A stretch of 64,000 bases of DNA from the human T2T-CHM13v2.0 reference genome, Homo sapiens: the NCBI RefSeq assembly GCF_009914755.1, contig NC_060932.1. The stretch is one strand, 5' to 3'. A model generated the notes under the pieces. The model made no database searches, was not told where the DNA came from, and saw only the letters and a list, made by a program, of their open reading frames with translations. Shown here in pieces: positions 16,460 to 31,549 of this stretch. Every line of letters starts with the position of its first letter. Within the stretch, counting starts at the first letter, position 1. The position numbers and the translations under genes are program-made.

Positions 16460-16763
16460 CCTCTATATCTTGCCAGTTGTTTTGCATGACCTTAGGGGGA
16501 GCTAGCTACCCTCCTTGCTCTTTTGTGTTCTGTTTATGTTTTGGCATGTGCTTCCTGCTTTTCTTGCCTAATTATGGCTAATTTCCTTATCCCAGACCCC
16601 AGTGTTACCCATCTCTACTTGTACATCCCAAAGTGTTGTGTACTGTCAGAAAAACTTTGGTGCTGACAATTAGAGAAAACTTGAATTCAGACCCCAGATC
16701 TGCCATTTACTAGTACCTTGGGCATGTGGCTTAATTTCAGTGGACCTCCAGTTTCTCGTTTGA

Positions 16764-17105
<342 letters not shown>

Positions 17106-17469
17106 TCAATTTGTAAACTGTAAATTGCTCTACATGTGTAACACCATTAGCCTAAGTTCCACTTTTCAAACTCCAACTGTAATCTTAAAAGTAGCCCCTA
17201 CAATGGTATCATCATTTTGTCTCCTCTGTTTTATTTTTTCCTAACCCTTATTAGCTGAAATCTCCTCTGTTCGTTTGCTTGTTAACTTTTCACAGTAAGG
17301 AAGCCCCTGAGAGGAGGAGCACTGTTTGTCCTACTCACTCCTTTATCCCAAATGCCAAGGGCAGTACCTGGCACTTAAGTGAAGCTCAATCACTGATTCA
17401 AATGAATGAATGACTTAGTAAAATTCAGCTTCACCACAGCACTTGTACAAACTCGAAAAGAAAGAGCTC

Positions 17470-18670
17470 ATAAGTACAGGCAACAAAAGCAAAAATAAAC
17501 AAGTGAAATACATCAAACTAACAATCTTCTGCACAGTCAGTAAAGGAAACAATCAACAAATGAAAAGGCAGCCAACAGAAGGAAAGGAAATATTTGCAAA
17601 CCAAATGCTGATATGGGGTTAATATCCAAAATATACAAAGAACTCACACAACTCAATAGCAAAAAAAAAAAAAAAAAGCAAAGGACCTAAATAAACATTT
17701 TTCAAAAAAGACATTCAAATGGCCAATGGGTATATAAAAATGTGTTCAACATCGTTAATTATCAGGGAAATACACATTAAAACCACAGTGAGATACTACC
17801 TCATACCTATTAGAATGGCTGTAATCAGAAAGACAAAAGATAACAATGGGGCAACATGAAGAAAACAGAACCCTTGCACACTGTTGGTGGGACTGTAAAT
17901 TCATATGGCCATTGTAGAAAATGATAGGGAAATTCTCAAAAATTTAAAAGTGTAATTACCATATATCATCTAGCAATCTTACTTCTGGGTATATATCCAA
18001 AGGAAATGAAATCAACATGTCAAAAAGATATCTGCATTCCCGTGTTCACTACAGTGTTATTCACGATAACCAATACGTGGCAACAACCCAAATGTCTGTT
18101 GATTGATGAATGAATAAAGACAATGTGGTACATATATGCAATGGAATATTATTCAGCCATAAGAAGCAGGAAATCCTACCAGTTGCGACAACAGGGATGA
18201 ACCTTATGCTCAGTGAAAGAAGCAAGATATAGAAACACAAATACTGCACTTCTGTGTGGATCTGACCCATATGTGGAACCTAAAAAAGTCAAACTCACAG
18301 AAGCAGAGAGTATAATGGTGGTTGCCATGGTCTGGGAGTTTGGGGCAATCGGGAGATGTTAGTCAAAGAATATAAACATTCAGTTATAAGACGAGTAAGT
18401 TCTGGGGATCTAACATACGGCATGGTGACTGTGGTTAATAATGCTGTATTGTATACCTGGAATTTGCTAAGACAGTACATCTTAAGTACTCTCACCACAC
18501 ACACACGTACACATACACACAAAGATAACTATGTGCCATGACAGTTGGGTTAATTGGCTTGATAATAGTAATCATTTCACAATGTATACATACATCAAAT
18601 CATGTTGAACATCGTCAATGTATATACAGTTTTTATTTGTCAATCATATCCCAATAAATCTGATGAAAAA
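17470..18670 (+). mobile_element. Old L1 (L1MA/MB-type), ORF2 3' end and 3' UTR
   Basis: Decayed ORF2 C-terminal motifs (ATCAGGGAAAT..AAAACCACAGTGAGAT; AATGGAATATTATTCAGCCATAA) and 3' end TTTATTTGTCAATC...AATAAA. Confidence 0.85.
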
Positions 18671-18809
18671 TCTTTCTTAAAGGCCCCTTGGTAGTCCTCA
18701 AAGCAAGACTCAGTCTGTGGTTTGAAGTGGAAATATTACTAACCAGGATTATCTTCACAGAGGGCAAGCTGGTCCATTGTAAATCCTTTAACAATGATGT
18801 GTTTCAAAC

Positions 18810-19395
18810 CATGTAACTCCTCTGGTCAAAGCCCTCAAGGGATCCCTGTCTCTCTCCACTAAGAGATAAAGCCCTTTCAATTACCTGCAAGGTCCTGCAG
18901 GATTTTTCTTAACCGTCCCTCACCTCCCCTCACCGCATCCTCTCACCCCATTTCCTGCCTATATCTCTCTCCCTCCCTCCTGATCTACTCACTGTGCTCC
19001 AGCCAGGCTGGTGACCTTGTTATTTGTCATGCATGGGAAACATGTCCCTGCCTCAGGGCCCCTGCACACACTTGTCTCTGCCAGTCTGCACCCCAGTCCA
19101 CCTAGCGCACTCCCTCACTTCCTTCAAGTCTCTCCTCAGATGCCACCTTACTATTAAGGCCTTCTCTAACCACCCTAAATAAAACAGCAGCACCCCTTCT
19201 ATTTGCCGATCCCCTCACCCACCTTTACTTTTCTTCTTAGCACTAATCAGTACCTGACATTCTATTTATTATTGATGTGTTGCATAGAGAATGTGAGTTC
19301 CATGGGGCAAGGACTTGGTCTTTTGTTCAGTGTTATATCCTCAACAGTTCCAACACTGTCCGTCACTAAATAAACACTTGTGGAACTAATTAATT
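18810..19395 (+). mobile_element. L2 3' region
   Basis: CCTGCCTCAGGGCC..., TCCTTCAAGTCTC..., GAATGTGAGTTCCATGGGGCAAGGACT. Confidence 0.65.
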
Positions 19396-19454
19396 AATCT
19401 GATCTTATTGTCTGTAGGGCAAATAAGAGAATATTTAAGGCTAGAGTTCTATCA

Positions 19455-19455
<1 letters not shown>

Positions 19456-19492
<37 letters not shown>
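19456..19492 (+). repeat. (CA)18 microsatellite
   Basis: Read directly. Confidence 0.95.
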
Positions 19493-19494
<2 letters not shown>

Positions 19495-21065
19495 AGCTAA
19501 AGTAGCCCAAGCATTCAAGCCTTGCTTAATTTCCTTTTCCAGAGGTACTTTTTCCCCAGGGCTGTCTAAAAACCTGAAAACAGTGTGGCACAAAAGGACC
19601 CAGAAAATGTAACCTTGAACAAGTCATTTCACTTCCCTAAGCTTTGGTTTCTCATTGGTAAAATCAAGAGTAACTGTAATATGGCATGCTTAGCTCACTG
19701 AATTACTGTAAGAATCAAATGAGAACAAAATAATAATGTACGAGAAAAATTTTGCAGTCCGCAATGCACACGGCAGGTGCAAGATTTAATCATCACACTC
19801 CTGGACAAATGTGGACACAAGTACATGAGATGTGATCATATTTGCAAGTCCACAGTATTAAATACGTGGAATATCGCCCATCAAACACACACTGGTTTCC
19901 AGATTCTTTGCAAACTCTGAAATGGTCATTGACTGTTATAAACCAACAGAAAAAGGGAAAAACGGAAAAATAGCCAATGGAAGCAAAGCAAAGGAGACTA
20001 TTTTTCTTTTTAATGTAGAAAGCACTGCAGAAACATATGTTTATCAATGGTCTACAATTCTATTTGCTATAGAAAAAAATAATTGATTGGCTCTAAAATA
20101 TGAAAACAAGCTGAAGTATTGGAATTAGTAAATGTTTAAATTCCCTAAAATGTAACCCTAGGTCAACTGGCAAGGCAATCCAATCTTCATAAACGTATAC
20201 AAAATTTTTATTTGATGTGGGCACATTGTAAGGTTTTGGTGATATCTGATGGAACCTCTAGCAGTAAGCATTTCTAGCTTCTAGAAAGAACAGGAAACTC
20301 TGCTAGGTTTATACTGATAGGATATAGAAGGTGGGAAAAGACAATCAGGTCTACAAAAGTTCAGGCATCCTGGAGCAGTAATGATGAATCTAGAGATTCC
20401 CAGCCAGAAAACAGAAGCCTAATTTCTAGTTGCCTCTTTGCCAGGAACCTGAGGAAACTTGTAACATTGTTTCTGAATGCTAGGGCTTGAGAGCTTCATC
20501 CAGAAAAATGCAGGCTAAGATGTGGTGATATCTTTCCAGCTGAAATAGTCAAGGATGCCCTGTATAGACCAGGTGGGTCCAGGAAGGGAAGAGCTTGGGA
20601 AAGAGGAAGATGGAACTCCGCTGAGAAGGAAGCAAACAAGTGGAAGGAAAACAAGTAGAAGTAGGAGGCCCCACCAGGCCTCCCAAGATAGCCAAGCAGG
20701 AAGCTAACCAGGAGCAAAACAAGGGAAATTCATGCATGTATGTGTCAAATCCTGCGCCAGGTGCTTTACTGGTGTTATCTCTTTGATCCTTGCAAGGTTC
20801 CTAAGACACAGGTATTCTCCTTATCAGTTGTCACAAATGAAGAAACTGAAACTCAATCCTAGGAGGGGGCTCTTGGCAATTCATTCACATAGTCCTTGAA
20901 CGGATATTCATTGAGCAGATAGCCTGTACCAGGGGGTATCTGTCTAGAGTCTTTTGTCATTTACAAAACACTTTCAGAAGAATTTTTGTTTGAATATCAC
21001 CGGAACCCCGCGAAGTAGGAAAAGAACATTATCCCTGTTTGACAAAAAATTAAGAATCTGGTCGT

Positions 21066-21301
21066 GTTTTTGTTTTATTTTTTTCTTCCCGAGATGGAGT
21101 CTTGCTCTATCGCCCAGGCTGGAGTGCAGCAGCACGACTACATGTACATGCCACCATGCCTGGTTAATTTTTGTATTTTTAGTAGAGGTGGGATTTCACC
21201 ATGTTGGCCAGGCTGGTCTCATCCTGACCTAGTTCGTGATCTGCCCACCTGGCCTCCCAAAGTGCTGGAATTACAGGCGTGAGCCTGGTTCAGGCCCGGC
21301 C
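21066..21301 (-). mobile_element. Alu with internal deletion in the right arm
   Basis: GCAGCACGA is joined directly to CTACATG; about 80 bp of Alu consensus is missing. Confidence 0.8.
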
Positions 21302-21302
21302 T

Positions 21303-21502
21303 GGTTCAGGGTTTCTAGCCTGGGCACTGTTGGTATTTTGCTCCACATAACTCTCTGTTGGAAGAGGCCGTCCTGTGCATTGTGGGATCCACATCCGTTG
21401 CCTCTACCCACTAGGTGCCCAACAGCACTCCCACCTGCGTCACAAGTTGGGATGCCAAAAATGTCTCCTGGAAGCAAAATAACCTCCAGTTGAGACCCAC
21501 TA
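21303..21502. mobile_element. MER20 hAT DNA transposon
   Basis: GGCACTGTTG.TATTTTG, TCCTGTGCATTGT, CCTCTACCCACTAG, AAAAATGTCTCC, CCAGTTGAGA.CCACT. Confidence 0.7.
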
Positions 21503-21809
21503 ATCTAGTTGAAGAACTTGGTTAAGGTCAGCTAATTTTAATGTGGAGAATTTAGAATTTGACCCTCATTTTCTGGCTTCATGCCAGGGCTCTGCCACAA
21601 GACTGCAGCTTCCTTTAGAGAATCTAAATTTATCTCCTTTCTTCAAGGCAAGCTATATCAGAAAAATCTCATAGACATCTATTTAAGGAACTTTTATTGA
21701 GAACCTATTATGTGCCCATGTTCTAGGAACTCAGGGTACATAGTATAAAAGACAAACAAGGTGTCTACTCTCATTCTAATAGCTGAGATAGATAATAAAA
21801 TAATAAGTA

Positions 21810-22062
21810 GGCCAGGTCGGGTGGCTGACACCTGTAATTCGAGCACTTTGGGAGACTCAGGCAGGCAGATCACTTGAGGTCAGGAGTTTGAGACCAGCCT
21901 GGCCAACACAGCGAAACCCCATCTCTACTAAAAATACAAAAATTAACCGGGCGTGGTGGTACCGGGTTGCATTGGAAGCTGTAGTGATTTGAAATCGTGC
22001 CACTGTACTCCAGCCTGGGTGACAGAAAAAGACTCTGTCTCAAAAATAAAATAATAAGTAAA
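21810..22062 (+). mobile_element. AluS with deleted/rearranged right arm
   Basis: Left arm intact; GTGGTGGTACCGGGTTGCATTGGAAGCTG replaces about 60 bp of consensus. Confidence 0.8.
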
Positions 22063-22307
22063 TAAATTAGGAAGATCATTTCAGATAGTTCTATGGAGAA
22101 ATTAAAAGAAGAATGGCATAGATTGGGATGAGGAAGAGTAAGAAGGCTCACTTTAAACAGGATGGTCAATGAAGGTCTCTGTGATAAGCTAACATTTCAG
22201 CAGCTGCCATGAGACTGATTTGGAAAGAGCCTTGGGAAGAGTGTACCAGGCCCAGGATCTGGCCAGTGCAAAGATCTTAAGGCAGAAAGGAATTTGAAGA
22301 ATTAGAA

Positions 22308-22495
22308 CAGTGTTTTTCAAACTTCAGCATGTAACAAATCACTTGATGGTCTGGTTAAAACACAGATCGCCAAATCCCACCCCTAGAATTTCTGATTCAG
22401 TAGACCTGGGGTGTGGCCCAAGAATTTGCATTTCTAACAACTTCCCAGGCAAGGCTGATGCTGCAGATCCAGGGACCACTGTTTGATAACCACTG
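22308..22495. mobile_element. MER5A DNA transposon
   Basis: TIRs CAGTGTTTTTCAAAC / GTTTGATAACCACTG; TTCTGATTCAGTAG...GAATTTGCATTTCTAACAA. Confidence 0.8.
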
Positions 22496-25284
22496 AGTTA
22501 AAGCATCAGCAGATAAAGTAATTGTGGCTGGAGTGTAATGAGTGCAGGAACAAGGGGCAAGAGATGAGATCAGAGAAGCTGCAGGAACCTTGGCCTGCCC
22601 TGGCACTACAGGCCAGATGATGTGTTGGATTTTATTTTAGGAGTGGGAAGGCCTTGGAGGATTTCAAGTAGGGGAATGATATGATCTGATTTCAATTTTC
22701 AACAGCTCACCCCTAGCTGTTGGTAGGGCAGCGAGTCGAGTTTATTTATCTAGTACATATTTTCAAAAGTCTTTATTTCTAATAAATTCCATCTACATTC
22801 CTGTATAATATTACAATAAGCACTATTGCAAACCTGGATATCAAGTCAGAAGGAGAAGGGAAACTTCAAATCTTATTTTTATGATACAGGCACTATGACA
22901 ACCAGAGTCAAGATAATTAGCCCTAGTCACTGGACAATTAGCCAGTGATTGCTCATTAGCAAGATAGCGTGTTTAGTATTTATCAAAACTATGCATTTAA
23001 GCTGAGACTTTTGTCTCTGATGTAAATTCTGATGTTTGATATACTGACATGCTAGTCTAATACATATTTGGCTGTGCTTTTCATGTGTGTTTAACAACTT
23101 GGAATGAGCTACTTTTTCCAGTGATAGGACAGCCTCTTGTGGGTGTTTTCTGAGGGACAAATGGTGACAAGAAATTGCCCTTCTCTAAGTCAGGATGCCA
23201 CTGTAGGATTCTCATAAAAGTTTTACTGACCCCTAGTGGAAGATACAGAAGCTCTACCCTGCTTGCTTATCTTGGTATCTTCTGTTTTCTTTAAAGATTT
23301 TCCTAAAGAATGTGTGTGCCACATAGAGACTCACACCCTGCCTTCTAGAGACTCACACTCCAGGAGGAGAAACAGACATGGAAAGAAATAATCACCATAA
23401 AACCGGCTCCGTGCTGTAATTTACAAGGGAAGGAAGAGGCTACATTTGTGCGGGTCCTTATTAACATTTGTAGATCCATTTATAGATGGAGTCACTGGAA
23501 GAAAATGAGAAATGAAAATGTCAACTATTGAAGGTGATGAAATCAGGAAGTCACCCACAATTCATGTACATTTTTCCTGTTGGATTTTAGCACTTTTTAT
23601 TATGCAATTGTCTGCCAACGATGCCTTGACTTCTTTTTTCTTCTTTTTAAACTTCTGATACCCCACAGAATGAAGCTTCTCTCACCTGATGTCAGCTGAA
23701 TATTATTTATCATCTGGCACTTCTATGCAACTATGGTACAGTAATTATTGGTGCTCACAATGATAATCATGAGACCCTGGAAGGTCTTAAAGTACCTGCC
23801 AACTCACTCAAGTGAGGTTAAATCATGTCCAGTCCTACTTCAGTGAGTTAAGTGCGTTTATGATAGTCTAAATCATTTATAGTTGGTGATCTGTGTATAG
23901 TGTATGGGCTAACTTGTTATGAGCACACGAATAAGATGGACCATAGAGCTAGTTATCCAAATGATCCCTGGATGCTCCAAGGTTGTTTCTTTGGTTGAAT
24001 TTCCTCTATTTCTCTGAATTCTGGTTTCTTGAGATGTTTAGAGCAAGTTTCCAGCTCATTTTCACAATGCTTGTAGCCTTTCCAAATAGGTAAAAGTGTA
24101 TACATATATCTACAAAAGTCTGCATGGCTGGGAACTCTGGCCTCCGTAAGCCATTATTCTGAAAACTTGCAATCTATACAAACTAAACTATTCCTCCAAT
24201 TATACACTCTGCATGACATTAGGCCAGCCCCAGAATACCAACCTCCCAGCTATTCTACCTCAACTTCTGTCTCTTCAGACACTTGCTTTCTTCATTTCCC
24301 AGCGAGTGATCACATTGTAGAAGTGCAGGCAACTCAGGAACTGTAAAGAAAAAGGTATAAAGAAGACTAAATATATTTTGACATATTTCTATGTAAATTT
24401 CAGCAGAGGCCTTCTCTCTTTGAAAATCTGAATATTTAAACCTCACTAAAGCACACTAGAAATATACATTCTGGCTTTAAGTAAGTCCTGAGAAGGGAAT
24501 TGTCATCAGAAGCATAATTCATCGTTCTCTAATTGTTCTCTCCTACTGAGGATTTTAGCCTATGATAGCCTACCCTGGCTGCTGGCCCAATAATTCCTTA
24601 TGACACGGGAAAAATGCAGACTTTAGTCCTGTTTAAGACTGGATAAGCCTGGTTCCTTTCTTGTTCATTTTGGCCTGTGGAGACTTGTTGCTAATGGGAA
24701 CCATCCATCAAAGACTGCTCTTGGCTCAACACAGACAGTCCCCACTGCTTTGTAAAGCTTCCCCTCCCCCTACCCCCTCTCCACCTCTAACCCCCACCAA
24801 CTTCTCTACCTAAGCTCTGATCTGACCTGTCACTGCCCCTTCCCCCACTTTGACTAGTCTGATCTTGGAATTTGTTGCAACAGGAACTGCCAATTGCTGT
24901 AAATTACATGCCACCTTGACAAGGAGAATGCTAATCCTTGAAGGGTTTAGGAAGAGACTACCAAACTTGTTTTGTAGGTGAGAACAAGCTCCCTAGTCAA
25001 TTGGAGGTGACGTGACTTTCTACTGCACTATGGACTCCCTTTCTTCCAAACAACATGGGACCCCTGGGCAGGGGAAGGGGCCGCAATGAATAAGCTACCA
25101 CTTGCCTGACCACAGCCCACTTCCTATGTTCATGGATAAGATCTCCTGCCTGCAGCCTTGAAAAACCTTTCAGGTATTTCCCAATCTGGTCTGGTGTTAT
25201 AGTATCAGATAGTTGTTCGACTGTGTACACTTTAATTTGTGCAGAATATTTACTTAACGAACTGCATTTCTTTGGAGGCAGGAG

Positions 25285-25515
25285 AGAATAGTGGTTAAAC
25301 ACAACAGTATTGGAGTCTGACTGCCTGCATTCAGTTGTGGCTCTACGCCACACTGGCTCTGACTTCAGGCAAGTTACTTAAGAGCTCTAAGCCTCAGTTT
25401 CTTCATTTGCTCCTACCCGAAAAAGAATGATGATGACTACTTCAGATGCATATGAGATAATGCATATAAAACACGTAACACCTTGCCCGCATCCTGGAGG
25501 AGGTACTCAGTAAAT
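25285..25515 (+). mobile_element. MIR
   Basis: GTGGTTAA...GGAGTCTGACTGCCTG...GGCAAGTTACTTAA...GCCTCAGTTTC. Confidence 0.7.
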
Positions 25516-25522
25516 GTGGGGG

Positions 25523-25824
<302 letters not shown>

Positions 25825-26370
25825 AGTAAATGTTAATTATTATGATGTCCTCTCACTCTCCCATCCCTCCCCAAATCTCTGGCAGACCCTTAAAGTGACT
25901 GGGTTTCACATACTGGTTTTTCAGCAGTTACATCTTCCAGAATTTGAATTAACGTCTGTCATAATTAAGACGGACATTTCAGCAAATCATGCCGAAATGT
26001 TGCAGTGGCTGTGAAAGGACATGTTCATTCATCCATTTACCCATTCAGTAACAAATATTTATTGAATACCTACTGTGTCCCCTGGTGTGCATCATGGTGC
26101 GTGAAAGACCAAGTCTTAGCCCTTAGAGACCGTGAAGTCTACCCAGGGAGACAATGGTGAACAGAGAAATGAACAAATAAGTAAGTGCTAAATGCTAGTA
26201 CTACTCAGGAAATGATACGGGCTCTGAAATGGAGATGCTATTTAAACACAGTAAATAGGAAGACTTCTCTGAGGAGGCATTTAGGCAGGGACAGGAAGGA
26301 GCCAACATTGAAAGGATTAGGGGGAAGAATCTTTCAGAGAAAGGGAAAAGCAGATGCAAACACCCTAAGT

Positions 26371-26403
26371 TGAGCTGAGCTGAGCTGAGCTGAGCTGAGC
26401 TGA
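26371..26403 (+). repeat. (TGAGC)6 pentanucleotide repeat inside a minus-strand L2 (~26025-26480)
   Basis: Read directly. Confidence 0.9.
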
Positions 26404-26889
26404 CTGGTCTAGAAGCAGAAAACAGAACCAAATGGCTAGAGCCTTGTGACTGAGATACCCAGGCCCTGCATTTGTGCAGCTCCTGTCTGAAGAGGCTGTT
26501 CGTGACAGTAGGTTTGTCTGTTGTCCACATGAAAAGGAAGCTCTAGAGATTCAGAAAGACTAAGGTAAGGGGCTTGGGGGATGCAAGCCCAAATCTTCTA
26601 TTCTTTTCCAACCCCTCACTATCCAATTTACTAAGCTTTGTATTAATGCTTTCATCCAGGATAAAACTGACCTCTTCTGGGCTCCACTTCACTCTGTGGG
26701 GAACTCAATTGTAGCATCTTTAAACCATTACTGTGTCTATTCTTTTATATGGCCACCTCCCCTATAGGACAACAGTGCCAGGAGAAGTGGATCATGTCTA
26801 CTGAATCCTGGTAACTCCAGCATCTAGCACAATGCCTACCCTTAGTTGGGGGCCTTATAAATGTTTGTTGAATGAATGAATCATCACTG

Positions 26890-27115
26890 AATTTATTGTG
26901 CTTGCTGTTGCCAGGCAATAAGCTAAATGCTTTAAATATATTAACCCAATTAATTCTCTTTACAACTCAGAAGGTATGTACTATTATTAGCAACATTTTA
27001 CAAAAGAAACTAAAGCCCAGAGAGGTATGTAATTCACTTGAGCTCTTACAGCTGAGAAGTACTCGAGCTGGGATTTGAACTTAGGCAGTCTGGCTCAAAA
27101 GCCCTTGCTCTTAAC
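26890..27115 (-). mobile_element. MIR
   Basis: ACATTTTACAAAAGAAACTAAAGCCCAGAGAGGT...GGGATTTGAACTTAGGCAGTCTGGCTC. Confidence 0.7.
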
Positions 27116-27152
27116 TTTGTCACAGCAGTGCTTCTCAAACTACTGTCTATGA

Positions 27153-27525
<373 letters not shown>

Positions 27526-27537
27526 TGATTCAGTAGT

Positions 27538-28250
<713 letters not shown>

Positions 28251-28537
28251 AACCCTAGATATGGGGTGGACCCAAGAATGTGTATTTTTTAAATTTATTA
28301 AATAAATTCAAAAATTTATAAAACTATAGTCCAGGGTGGGGGGCTGGCTTCTCCACATCTGCGGGTTTTATCTGGAGTACTTTATGCAGTGACTAAGAAT
28401 GTGTATTTCTGACAAGCCCTCAAGTCATGATGATCCTGACAGTGGAGGACTGCTTTGAGCAGCACCAGCATACTATACTGAAGATGTCAGTGAGTGAATG
28501 AACAAATGAATCAAGGATCCAACAAACACATATCCTT

Positions 28538-28855
28538 GGCTGGGCGCAGTGGCTCACACATGCAATCCCAACACTTTGGAAGGCTGAGGCCAGAGGATTG
28601 CTTGAGCCCAGGAGTTTGAGACCAGCCTGGGCAACGCAGTGAGACTTTGTCTCTAGAAAATAATTTAAAAATTAGCTGGGTGTGGTGGCACACACCTGTG
28701 GTCCCAGCTACTCTGGAGACAGAGGCGAGAGGATCACTCGAGCCCAGAAGGTCCAGGCTGCAGTGAGCTGTGATCTCACCACTGCACTCCAGCCCAGGCA
28801 ACAGAGGGAGACCTTGTCTCTAAATAAATAAACAAAATAAAAATGAAAACAAAAA
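28538..28855 (+). mobile_element. AluJ
   Basis: GGATTGCTTGAGCCCAGGAG J-type diagnostics. Confidence 0.88.
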
Positions 28856-29877
28856 GCCTATTCTTGACTGGATCATATATCACATTTTCATAGGGTCTTT
28901 CTTCTCCTTGGCTGTTTTCACTGCCACTTGCATTCCCAAAGGCACCTGTCAAGATTTGTCAAGAAGGTGACCATGACCCTAGGAAACCAGGTGTTCACTA
29001 TGTCATGAAAATGGTGGGCTCACCTGAAATGGATACATCCTATCTTCCACTTCTCAGAAGTCTTACCTCCAGGAGCTATAAAACCTTTCCCTGACAGCCA
29101 AAACTTGCCTGGTGAGTTATAGACTCACAGAGCAAGGAAGAATAATTTCAAGAGATTCCCTTTCCTGCTTCCTGCTTTTAAGGAGGTATAATAAGAGAAG
29201 CAAATTTTAACTCTACTGGGGTCCTTAAGAGCCTGACCAGAGAGTGGCTTCCAAATTAAAGCAGATTTGTTCTTCCTGCCGAAATCAGACAGGACTCCCC
29301 AGTTGGTCTTCCCTTGGAGCAACTTCTCTGACCTTGCTTCCTAAGCACCGGCTGTGTTTGACCCCCTGCTGCCTGGTGAGAAGCGGATGGGCTCTGGAAT
29401 GCTGGTCCCAGCTCTCACTGAGGACTCAAGAGACAAGCAGCATACACTTCCCCTGCCCTGCCTGAAAGGAAGAGTGTTTGCTGGAGCTGAACAGCTGCCT
29501 GGGGTGCAGGGAGGCGAATGTTGCTAAATATATGTTCTTATTGTACATTGGTGTGTCAAGAAAAATTATATCTCCTTGTTCTCCGCTTGGGTATTCTTTA
29601 AAAAAATTCTGTACACAAGCACGGGGCACCTCTCAACTCCTGGCCCCTGCATGAAGAATCTGATTGCAGCCTCATTTATTTTTCTCTCCACACCCTTAAA
29701 ATAAATGCCCTCTTCCTCTTGTCACATTCTGACAGCTTCCGGTGCATTCTACCACTCCCATTACACACAAGGCTTGGGTCTCTGAGTCTCTTTGCCTCCC
29801 AGGCTTGCTTTCAACACCAGCCTTTCTTAGGCTGGGACTCAGGGTAGCATGCCTGAGACGGCCAGCGGAGTCTTTTA

Positions 29878-30619
<742 letters not shown>

Positions 30620-31178
30620 TCATTATTATGATATTGATTGGGATGTTTCCATCAGGAACTCAGTTACTAATTTGAATATAGCACTGAGATTCTTCCCTTA
30701 ATTGAAAAGAAAGTGGCTTGTACCAGTTGGTCTCTTAATCCAAGGTAGAAAATTGATTTTCAGATTTATGAGGACCAGGCTCCTGAGTATTCTCTCAGCT
30801 ACCAATATGGAATTGACAAGGCTCCACGACAATTACTTTCATTCCCTTCAAGCCCATCCTAGTTTCTTTTTTTTTTTGTTTTTAACTTACATTGGGAACC
30901 AGAATTGCCCTACCTACTTGCCACATAATGGTAGGCAATAAAAATGTTTTTTGACTGAACAGCTAAGTGAATAAACCCATATTCTCAAGAAAAGCTAATT
31001 AAAATAAAATAGGGTAGATATATTGCCTAAGCCAAGTCCTGCTTTAAGACAAACTGGCCTATTAAAATATGACAAAATGGATCGATTTTGGCAATGGTTA
31101 TTAATGCTGTAAAGGAATCTGTATTGAATGAAAAGCTTCCTTTCTGTGTGAAGTTCCTTCCTCTCCAGGTGAAGTTGA

Positions 31179-31549
<371 letters not shown>

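Larger units (their letters stand above)
21680..22720 (-). mobile_element. L2 fragment carrying an Alu and a MER5A
   Basis: TTTATTGAGAACCTATTATGTGCC start; L2-like sequence continues after both inserts. Confidence 0.55.

Noticed and set aside
24761-24846. C-run cluster (G4 on the minus strand)
   Set aside because: Needs a 13-nt loop, lies 10 kb from the TSS and has no supporting context.
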